Positions 47,511-55,535 of a DNA stretch of 64,000 bases are shown in pieces. The position numbers were made by a program, and so were the translations under genes. Each line of letters starts with the position of its first letter. The first letter of the stretch is position 1. Under the pieces are notes generated by a model. The model was not told the DNA's origin and searched no databases. It was given only the letters and a program-made list of their open reading frames with translations. The DNA lies in NCBI GenBank assembly GCA_903837345.1, contig CAILUG010000020.1:19992-83991 (forward strand), read 5' to 3'. Source of the DNA: an uncultured Gammaproteobacteria bacterium. Lineage in GTDB: Bacteria > Pseudomonadota > Gammaproteobacteria > Pseudomonadales > Pseudohongiellaceae.

Positions 47511-48623
47511 TCAGGGACGGTTGTCCTGGCAGAAATGGATCGGAACTTCCTGGTCTGGCACCCACTGCATGGTCCAGCTGGCGGTCCACGGACGGGTATA
47601 AGCTCCGCGATCGTCGATCGAAACCTGATACTGCAGTGTATTCATATCAGGCCTCGCAAAACGTTCTGTCAAAACCAGAGAGCTGGTGTGCGGCAAGCCG
47701 CCATTGCTCATCCAGAAATCTTCATTGAAGCCTTTGGTGGTGACCAGCAAGGCATCACCATCCCATTTGCCAATGGCACGGCCATAATAAAGCGGATTGT
47801 CATCATCCCCGGTGACACTGCCGACTTTCTCCCTGCCATCCATGTAGATGATGCGGTAATTGTGATTGCCGCTGCCCATCAGGATGAACACGCGTTGATT
47901 GACCTTGTCCTCGACAAATTTGATCCCCAGATCCGACTGGTACTCGCGCGGTCCGCCTGGGGGTTTGCAGTGCAGGAACATCGGGTCATCACGCAAATCC
48001 CGTTGCTGGCGTTTTTTGTACAAGGCCAGCGCCCATGGTTGCAGTGGTGCAACTTTGGCGGCATCGGCCAGATCAGCCAATTGCCCGTATTTATCCATTT
48101 TTACTTTCACGCCATCTTCGACCAGTGCGTAGCTGCTGGGGAAACCCCAATAACCGGCAGCACTGCCGAACATCACCTTGCCATCGGCGCCGCGTGGAGC
48201 CGGTTCTTTTTTGGCAGGAACGGCAGGATGCAGATCCTTGAGCGCGAACAGAGTGGTACTGCCTTTGGAAACCGATTCGGACCAGAGCTGACGCGAACCA
48301 TCGCGGGCCCTGATGCCTTTGACAGTAAGTGTGTCGCCGGGTTTGACACTGGTACTGCTCCAGCCGCTGCCTTTAAGCAGCAACGGGCTTTCCAGTTCAA
48401 CCGCCCAATTGGCCACGGCTGTCCCGGTTTTCACATTCAGGAAAACATGTACATGCGGATTTTTCCAATCGACATTGGTAACGACGCCGGTGATCGACAT
48501 TTCAGTGGCCTTGTCGAATTTGGCCTGGACAGGATGGTGCGCCAGCGCCGGAGCGCTCGACCAACCAAGCACAGCACTGGTAATGGCTGCGGCTAAAAGG
48601 GATTTCAATCTTGGATTCTGCAT
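47511..48623 (-). CDS. Secreted fusion protein: DUF6152-like N-terminal domain plus domain X
   Basis: The start is set at the ATG at 48623 (AGGTG 5 nt upstream). The signal peptide ends PALA. The mature N-terminus HHPVQAKFD...VVTNVDWKNPHVHVFLNV parallels the 47043 product, and the C-terminal two-thirds parallels the 46202 product. Confidence 0.7.
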   Translation of the reverse strand: MQNPRLKSLLAAAITSAVLGWSSAPALAHHPVQAKFDKATEMSITGVVTNVDWKNPHVHVFLNVKTGTAVANWAVELESPLLLKGSGWSSTSVKPGDTLTVKGIRARDGSRQLWSESVSKGSTTLFALKDLHPAVPAKKEPAPRGADGKVMFGSAAGYWGFPSSYALVEDGVKVKMDKYGQLADLADAAKVAPLQPWALALYKKRQQRDLRDDPMFLHCKPPGGPREYQSDLGIKFVEDKVNQRVFILMGSGNHNYRIIYMDGREKVGSVTGDDDNPLYYGRAIGKWDGDALLVTTKGFNEDFWMSNGGLPHTSSLVLTERFARPDMNTLQYQVSIDDRGAYTRPWTASWTMQWVPDQEVPIHFCQDNRP

Positions 48624-48664
48624 ATCGACACCTGTCATTGCACGCTGGTGGTTTAAAACGCCGC

Positions 48665-49066
48665 TTACTGTCTTACGACTTCCAGCGCACCACTGCCGTT
48701 CTGGCTCTTCCAGGTGCCTACTATCGAACGCGAAGGCAATTCAAGATTTACTATCTTGCCATCCAGTGTGTAGGAAACAGGTTTGTCTTTGGCTTTGCCG
48801 TCGGCTTCGATATGAACTGTCCAGTCGGCAGGATTCAGGGTGGCGGTTTTGATGACCATGTCATCAGTGCCGGGATTGATGGTACCGCTGACTTTCTTGC
48901 CGTCCCAATCAAGCACCAGGAACAGGAAGTCACCACTGGCTTGATTGCCTTTCCATTCGCCTATCCAGGAACCCTTCAAAGGATGCCCTTCCTGGGCGCC
49001 GGCACTGACTGCAAGCAGCAGACCTGCGACCAATAAAACAGCTTTGCGAATAATATTGGACATCAT
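48665..49066 (-). CDS. Small secreted beta-rich protein of unknown function
   Basis: 133 aa with signal peptide AVLLVAGLLLAVSAGA-QE. GSWIGEWKG near the N-terminus and GTWKSQNG near the C-terminus suggest a small barrel. It is the first gene of the four-gene operon. Confidence 0.6.
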   Translation of the reverse strand: MMSNIIRKAVLLVAGLLLAVSAGAQEGHPLKGSWIGEWKGNQASGDFLFLVLDWDGKKVSGTINPGTDDMVIKTATLNPADWTVHIEADGKAKDKPVSYTLDGKIVNLELPSRSIVGTWKSQNGSGALEVVRQ

Positions 49067-49173
49067 GATTGTGAATCCCCTTTAGTGTGCATTTCAATGT
49101 GCATGATTCGAAGGTTTGATCAGAAAACATGCCGGCGCCTTAGGTACCGGATACTGCCTTTTATGATTATCCA

Positions 49174-49194
49174 AACTTTGTATCAAGCAAAGTT
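49174..49194. promoter_or_regulatory. Inverted repeat, candidate operator upstream of the four-gene secreted-protein operon
   Basis: AACTTTG-tatcaag-CAAAGTT has perfect 7-bp arms and lies about 110-130 nt upstream of the 49066 start codon, in an AT-rich promoter-like region. Confidence 0.3.
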
Positions 49195-49310
49195 GTAAAA
49201 AATATGTATTGCGCCATTAATAACCGAAGGGTAGCCAATACTTGCCTGCTACCCCCCCCTCCCGGGGCTTGCCGGAGCAACTGCCGCATATTCCTACTTT
49301 CAGCGCCAAT

Positions 49311-49338
49311 AAAAAAGGGGGAAGGCTGCCCTTCCCCC
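49311..49338 (-). terminator. Rho-independent terminator of the 1010-aa TonB-dependent receptor gene
   Basis: On the minus strand: GGGGGAAGG-gcag-CCTTCCCCC followed by TTTTTT, 30 nt after the stop codon. Confidence 0.75.
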
Positions 49339-49368
49339 TTTCTGTAGCAAACACTTACTGCGAGTGGA

Positions 49369-52300
49369 TCAGAAGTTCACATCCAGACTCAGCTGGAACC
49401 GGCGTCCGAACACGTCGTAGTTGTAATCAACAACCTGGCCAGCAGTCGATGGAATGATCGGCTGATCCCGGTTGAACAAGTTACTGATGCCGAAGCTGAC
49501 CTTGTAGTTCTTGTCAGCCCATTTGTCACCATAGGACAGGTTCAGGTTGGTGACTGCCTGGGAAGCAATACGGTTATGGTCAACGTCAATACCTTCGATC
49601 CAGGTGTTGTTGAGCAGGGTATGACCCACGTATCTCTCGAAAATACCGACCCCGAATTTGCCAACCTGGTAGTTGGCAGAAACTGTAGCCGTATATTTAG
49701 GACGATCCTGGCCATTGGCTGCATCAACAACAGTGCCGTTGAACGAAGTTGTGGAGTTCTCGCTGAGGTAACCCACGAGGGCTTTCACAGTCAAATGCTC
49801 GTCCAGATCAGCCACCCAGTTCGGCAGGAAGCTGTACTGAACTTCCAGGTCGGTGCCACGGGTTTGTGCTTTGCCGATGTTCTGATACTCATCCAGGACG
49901 CGGGTGATGACATTGGTAGTCGGATCACGCGAGATCAGCGCACACTGGCCTGCATCCCCGGCAAAGCAGTCATCTGCAATACGCTGGGCTCCGAAACGAG
50001 CCAATGCGCTGGCGATGTTGATTTGGTACCAATCCACGGAGAGCTGCACGCCTTCAACCCACGATGCAAAAGTGGGCTGATAAACCAGACCCGTCGTCAC
50101 CGTAGTAGCTTGTTCGTTATGCAGGTTAGGGTTCGGGCTGGCCAATATTGTCAACGAAGCGTTGGTCACGTTGGTACCGTTGGCTGTCGTTGCTTTGTCA
50201 ACAACGGAGCCACCTCCAGTTGCCGTCAAATAACGTTCGGCGAAGGTCGGTTCACGCACGTCGCGCGAACGTGTGTAGCGCCAGCGGAGATCCTTCATCA
50301 ACTGGGCATCCAGACCGAATTTCCAGCTGGGCGTACGACCGAAGTTGGAAAAATCCGCGCTGCGATAGGCCAGATCCGAAGTCAAGGTTTGTCCACTCTC
50401 CAGTTTCAGAACCGGAATGTTCACCTCGGCAAACTCCTCGGACACATGATCTTTGCTGCCACCAACACCGATGGCGGAGAACGGGTTCAAGGAACGGTTA
50501 CCTGCGCTGGCAAAGCCAGTGGAGATACCCCGGATACCATCAGCCGGATCGTTCAAAACACCACGTTCGCCATAGCTTGGGTTGTTGACCTGATTGAAAT
50601 CTTCCTTGCGCCAGGTAGCACCTACTGCCAGTGAAACAGGGCCAGCGCCCCAACCTTTGTAGATCTCACCCGTCAGCAAGCCTTCAGCGTAACTCTGGTT
50701 CAGTATGCGCGACTGGATTTTCTGCTCCAGGGTCATCCAGTTATCTGCCGCCACGTTGGAATTACCGGCACCCAGCACGTTGAAGGGTATGCAAGTTGAC
50801 GGATCGACCGGACCAATCGGCGAGGTGACAGTTACACCGTCAGGAGTGATCGGGCTCGGCAACTTCTTGCCTGCCACGAAGGCAGCCAGCGAGGCCGCGC
50901 TCGGATTGACCTTGGTGATGTTACAGATGGTCTTGCCCGAGGTCGGGTCGGTCACCGCATCCATACTCAGGAAGAACAAGTCGATACGGGGTACACCCTC
51001 CAGACCGGTAGCAACCTTTGAACGACCACGCTGGAAGTGGCCTGACAAGTCCCAGTTGTCGTTGATCTTGTAGTCAAAACCCAGGGTGCCGGATGCCAAT
51101 TGGCCAAGACTGGTATCAGTACGATTGCTGTACGGATCCACATAGCCTGGGGAATTGATAACACCCGTTTTGCTCATCGTAAACGAGGTGATGTTGGCCG
51201 CAGTCATTGCATCCTTGACCGACTGTGGCAGGTACGGGTTGGTGTTGAATACAGTGAAGGCATAGGTCGCGCCGGCAATGGCCATGCTGGCACGCTGACC
51301 AGAAAGGTAGGACCCGGTGCGCCCCATAATCAGCTGGGCAGTCACGTTGAGCTGGTCGTTCACATCGTATTTCGCACCCAGGAACATGGAGCGCTGATCT
51401 ACTTCGTTGCCACGAACGCCCAAGTTGTTGCTGTTGGAAGCAACATACTGGTTGTATTCATTACCGCCGCTCTGGTTCAGCGTCGCGCCAGAACCGGAAA
51501 CTGAGCTGTATTGGCCGTAGCTATACGGGCGAACACTTTTGCCATCTTCGGCAAAGGTATAGCCCTTCAGGCTGAAGTTGGAGGGGCCAAGAATCAGGCC
51601 AGTTGGCGACGACTGGTTGCCGAAAACATAGGGAGCCCAGATACGGACGGGATTGGTGGCAGCAGTGCCGTTGTAGTTCGGGTTGCGGACCAGGCCATAG
51701 TTTTTCCAGTTGGAGGCACTTGCATCAGCATCGATCTGGTCAATGTAACGGGCTTGAAGACTGCCGATGATGTGCAGCTTGTTGTCCATGAAGGCTTTGC
51801 CGCCAGCAAGCGAGAAACTGTAGTTTTCACCAGTTCCCAGCTCGGAGATGCCGGAGGAAACAGAGCCTTTGAAACCTTCAAAATTGCGATCAACTACAAA
51901 GTTGACCACACCTGCCACTGCGTCTGAACCGTAAGCTGCAGAGGCGCCGCCGGTGATCACATCAACCCGCTTCAGAAGAGCAGTCGGGAAATTGTCGATG
52001 TTGACGCTGTTGTTGGCATCCGCCGGAACGATACGCGAGCCGTCCAGCAGCACGAGGGTACGGTTCTGGCCCATGCCGCGCAGGTTCAGATAACTGCCGC
52101 CAGCCTGGGTGCTGATGGCACCGAAAGTGCGCTGTGCGGTTACGGTTGAAAAGAATTGCGGCAACGTCGCCAGTTCATCTGCGATTGTGGCTCCCGGTTT
52201 GGCGTTGGTCAGTTCATCAGTGGTAATGGCAGTCACCGGAGTCGGTGTAACCATGCCGGTCTGATTACGGATACGGGTACCGGTAATCTGGATCTCTTCG

Positions 52301-52401
52301 ATGTTTGACGTCGCGCTCTGGGCGTATACGCCCGTGACAAAAGCAGCTGTTACGGCTGTAACCAGCAGTTTCTGTCTGAAATTTACAGAATTATTCCGCA
52401 T
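49369..52401 (-). CDS. TonB-dependent outer-membrane receptor (large, about 1000 aa class)
   Basis: Signal peptide; a plug region with IEEIQITGTRI (TonB-box-like) and NLRGMGQNRTLVLLDGSR; a long beta-barrel; terminal aromatic residue (…LSLDVNF). GAGGAG SD. Confidence 0.92.
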   Translation of the reverse strand: MRNNSVNFRQKLLVTAVTAAFVTGVYAQSATSNIEEIQITGTRIRNQTGMVTPTPVTAITTDELTNAKPGATIADELATLPQFFSTVTAQRTFGAISTQAGGSYLNLRGMGQNRTLVLLDGSRIVPADANNSVNIDNFPTALLKRVDVITGGASAAYGSDAVAGVVNFVVDRNFEGFKGSVSSGISELGTGENYSFSLAGGKAFMDNKLHIIGSLQARYIDQIDADASASNWKNYGLVRNPNYNGTAATNPVRIWAPYVFGNQSSPTGLILGPSNFSLKGYTFAEDGKSVRPYSYGQYSSVSGSGATLNQSGGNEYNQYVASNSNNLGVRGNEVDQRSMFLGAKYDVNDQLNVTAQLIMGRTGSYLSGQRASMAIAGATYAFTVFNTNPYLPQSVKDAMTAANITSFTMSKTGVINSPGYVDPYSNRTDTSLGQLASGTLGFDYKINDNWDLSGHFQRGRSKVATGLEGVPRIDLFFLSMDAVTDPTSGKTICNITKVNPSAASLAAFVAGKKLPSPITPDGVTVTSPIGPVDPSTCIPFNVLGAGNSNVAADNWMTLEQKIQSRILNQSYAEGLLTGEIYKGWGAGPVSLAVGATWRKEDFNQVNNPSYGERGVLNDPADGIRGISTGFASAGNRSLNPFSAIGVGGSKDHVSEEFAEVNIPVLKLESGQTLTSDLAYRSADFSNFGRTPSWKFGLDAQLMKDLRWRYTRSRDVREPTFAERYLTATGGGSVVDKATTANGTNVTNASLTILASPNPNLHNEQATTVTTGLVYQPTFASWVEGVQLSVDWYQINIASALARFGAQRIADDCFAGDAGQCALISRDPTTNVITRVLDEYQNIGKAQTRGTDLEVQYSFLPNWVADLDEHLTVKALVGYLSENSTTSFNGTVVDAANGQDRPKYTATVSANYQVGKFGVGIFERYVGHTLLNNTWIEGIDVDHNRIASQAVTNLNLSYGDKWADKNYKVSFGISNLFNRDQPIIPSTAGQVVDYNYDVFGRRFQLSLDVNF

Positions 52402-52583
52402 AAATATTGCATCTCCTCGTTGTGTTTATTGGCTTCCCGGAAGGCCGGACGTGACTCTTGGCTGTTGATGTTTGTGTTGGTCACTGTGGCAATCAAAAGG
52501 CATTCCAGGGCATATGAACCCTAAATAAAATGGACGGTTTCCTGTCATCCTGCCTGAAACCGGTTACTGCAAGAAAATTTCCT

Positions 52584-52626
52584 CCATCAAAAATAAAAAA
52601 GCGCATTCCAGAAAACAAGAATGCGC
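52584..52626 (-). terminator. Terminator-like hairpin inside the 5' region of the 49369-52401 receptor gene
   Basis: On the minus strand: GCGCATTC-ttgttttctg-GAATGCGC followed by TTTTTTATTTTT, about 185 nt upstream of the receptor ATG and about 120 nt downstream of the previous gene's own terminator. Confidence 0.5.
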
Positions 52627-52745
52627 CTTCGGTTTTTACTCCATTAAAGCAATCCGGGTCAACCTATATATGTTTTATTGGTCAAATTCACCTCTGCAGC
52701 TGACCCATTACCCGAATGCCTTGATGCAGTGTTTAAGCACTTGGT

Positions 52746-52778
52746 AAAAAAAAAGGCCACCGTCTTGCGACGGCGGCC
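52746..52778 (-). terminator. Rho-independent terminator of the 828-aa TonB-dependent receptor gene
   Basis: On the minus strand: GGCCGCCGTC-gcaa-GACGGTGGCC followed by T9. The single imperfect pair is G-U in the minus-strand RNA but A-C in the plus-strand RNA, which supports minus-strand function. Confidence 0.78.
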
Positions 52779-52804
52779 CTTGGGGATCGAACTGGTCCGT
52801 CAGA

Positions 52805-55291
52805 TCAGAACTTGCGTTCTACCGACAACGACGCAGTGCGCGGCATGCCAGGCACACCGGTTACCACGCCGAGCGAGGTTGTTGCATCGCTAACAGACTG
52901 GAAGTAGTACTTGTCGAACAGGTTTTGGACTTCGAGTGCCAACTTCCACTTGCCGCCCTTGTCGGAGTAGGCGATGCGGGCATTGGTCAGGAATCGACCA
53001 TCTATCGCGCCCCAGGTGGTGTTTTCGGCGTTCGTGTACAACTTGCCTTGATAAGAACCGTCCAGGCGGAAGCTGACTACCCCTGAGTTGGTCTTGTAGT
53101 CGTACTGACCACCTAACGAATACGCCGTCGTCGGCGTATACGGCGCAATGCCGCCCGCCGGGATGCTCGGCGACATGGTCAGGAAACCACCCGTGGTCGG
53201 AGACGTATAACTGAAGTTCAGGTAGCTGATGCTGGCTTCCAACGAGAATCCATCGAACGGATAGATCGTGGCTTCAAGCTCGGCGCCCTTCACGTCGGCT
53301 GCACCGATGTTGTCAGGCCGTAAGCACGGAAACGGCAGAGACGATTCCGGGCACACGGTCTTGGTGAGAATGATGTCATTGTACTTGTTCAGGAACACCG
53401 CACCGTTCAGGCGCATGGTGCGGTCAAACAAGTCGGCCTTGAAGCCTGCCTCATAAGTTTTGAGGGTTTCCGGATTGAACGGCAGACGCTGGTCAGCTAC
53501 GAATGGACGTGGATTGACCCCGCCGCCCTTGAAACCGGTAGAGTACGAGGCATAGGCCAGGAGTTCCTTGCTAAAGCGATAGTCAGTGACGAGGCGCCAA
53601 TCCGTGCGGTTGCCACTGAAACTGCCGGTAACACCGTAGATACCCGCAAGTATGCAGTTAGGATATGCCACGACCGAACCGCCCGCCGGATTGGCGAAGC
53701 ACAGCGCCGGATTCGGAATCGAGCCGTCGGGGTTGGAGCGGTAATAGGTATAGTCCTTCGCGTCCTTGGTGTACCGCACGCCAGCGGTGACGCTCCATGC
53801 ATCCGTAGGATGTATCGTCGCTGTGCCGAACATTGCCTTGGTGGTGCTGGGCGTGGTGTCGGGGCCGTGCAGGAAGTCGATCGTGGGACCCACGTAGTTC
53901 AGATCGACGCGGGCGGTATAGGTGCCCTTTTGTTTGAGGTAGTAGGCGCCTACAGTACCTTCAATGAAACCACTTTCAGACTTCATGTTGAGCCGGACTT
54001 CCGAAGTGAACGCATGGTGATTCAGTTCGTTGTCGAGCTGCGATTCTGGCAACGGAGTGGCGTCCTGATCCTGCCCGAACTTCGAGTTGTACTCGCGATA
54101 CGAACCGATATAGACAAACTCCATGTTTTTATTGAGGTGGTAGTCCAACTCACCATGAACACCCGAGCCCTCGAAAAGAGTCTGCGGTACGGCGTAATAG
54201 GGCTTGGCCGGTGCCTGGGCGGTCGGCTTCATGCCATCGAGGAAGTTCGAATAGCTGACGAAACCCGCATCCCAACCATTAAGATTGCCGCCGGTATCGC
54301 AGCTATAGCGGCCAGCTGGAACGAAGATACAACTCATGTTCACCGCCTGGCCGTTCTTGCCCACCAGCCAAGGATTCCCGGACGAGTTCGAAGCGCCAAC
54401 CGATTTGGGATCGAAGACGGCGCCGGGCGCGCCAGCAGCGATCAGCACAGTCGGGATCGCTTCCGATCGCTCATGGGTAAAGTCGGTCGAAAGGTTGATC
54501 TCAAGATCGTCGTTGGGCGTGTAGCGCAGAGCCGCACGAATGGCCTGGACGTTCTGGCCACCCATGGTCGTGTAATCAGAATTGCCGTTGCCGCGCGAGT
54601 TGGTCACAGGCACGTTTGAGTTGGGATGGGACTGGCCATAGTCGAGCATGCCGACATAGCCATCGCTGCTGCGGCTCATGCCCGAAACGCGCAAGGCCAG
54701 ATTGTCGGTAAGCTTGAGATCGACCATCCCGCGCAGGTTCATTGCGTTGAACGAACCGTAAGATACGCGCAGCGAACCGGAGTCATCACCCAAGGGCTTG
54801 GCGCTGAACAGTTTGATCGCGCCGCCGATCGCATTCTTGCCCGCCAGAGTGCCTTGGGGGCCGCGCAGGATTTCAACGCGATCCAGGTCGATCAGATCGA
54901 GCAGCGAGCTCGACAACGTCGGGATGTAGACATCGTCGACATAGACGCCGACACCCGGATCAAGCGCATAGTTGAAGTCGGTCTGGCCGACGCCGCGGAT
55001 GTAGGCGATCAGGCCTGAACCACCGTTCTGCGGCTGTGGTCGCAGCGACACGTTCGGTGCCTGCGCTGCGATCTGTGTGATACTGGTCTGGCCACGCGCA
55101 TCAAGCATCTCGGCGTTGACAGCGGTTATCGCAATTGGCGTGTCCTGCAGGTTCTGCGCCCGGAACTGGGCGGTAACCACGATCTCCTCAAGAGTTCCCG
55201 CTTTGTCCGCATTCTGCGCAAAACTGGAACCAGCCATCGTGATGGTGCCCAGCGCTACCGCTGTCACCAAAGGTCTCCTGGATAATCTCAT
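52805..55291 (-). CDS. TonB-dependent outer-membrane receptor (about 800 aa class)
   Basis: Signal peptide; TLEEIVVTAQ TonB-box-like segment; plug motifs (LRGPQGTLAGKNAIGGAI); barrel; terminal …SVERKF. GGGGGA SD. Confidence 0.92.
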   Translation of the reverse strand: MRLSRRPLVTAVALGTITMAGSSFAQNADKAGTLEEIVVTAQFRAQNLQDTPIAITAVNAEMLDARGQTSITQIAAQAPNVSLRPQPQNGGSGLIAYIRGVGQTDFNYALDPGVGVYVDDVYIPTLSSSLLDLIDLDRVEILRGPQGTLAGKNAIGGAIKLFSAKPLGDDSGSLRVSYGSFNAMNLRGMVDLKLTDNLALRVSGMSRSSDGYVGMLDYGQSHPNSNVPVTNSRGNGNSDYTTMGGQNVQAIRAALRYTPNDDLEINLSTDFTHERSEAIPTVLIAAGAPGAVFDPKSVGASNSSGNPWLVGKNGQAVNMSCIFVPAGRYSCDTGGNLNGWDAGFVSYSNFLDGMKPTAQAPAKPYYAVPQTLFEGSGVHGELDYHLNKNMEFVYIGSYREYNSKFGQDQDATPLPESQLDNELNHHAFTSEVRLNMKSESGFIEGTVGAYYLKQKGTYTARVDLNYVGPTIDFLHGPDTTPSTTKAMFGTATIHPTDAWSVTAGVRYTKDAKDYTYYRSNPDGSIPNPALCFANPAGGSVVAYPNCILAGIYGVTGSFSGNRTDWRLVTDYRFSKELLAYASYSTGFKGGGVNPRPFVADQRLPFNPETLKTYEAGFKADLFDRTMRLNGAVFLNKYNDIILTKTVCPESSLPFPCLRPDNIGAADVKGAELEATIYPFDGFSLEASISYLNFSYTSPTTGGFLTMSPSIPAGGIAPYTPTTAYSLGGQYDYKTNSGVVSFRLDGSYQGKLYTNAENTTWGAIDGRFLTNARIAYSDKGGKWKLALEVQNLFDKYYFQSVSDATTSLGVVTGVPGMPRTASLSVERKF

Positions 55292-55535
55292 TAATCCCCC
55301 ATAGTTTTAGTTGTGTACAAGATTGAGTCATACAGATATCGCTTTTAATGGCGAATCTTAATTTAATAGTACACCAAAACTCCGAAATAACCACCCAATG
55401 CAAGGGTATTCGCCCTCAAATGTGCACGTCCAACCGCGTCCTTGCAATTGGTCCTTTTTACTGGTTACTTGTGCAATACGGCTTGCACGATAGTAAACAA
55501 ACATCATATTTTTCAAAAAATTGCGTAATTTTCTT

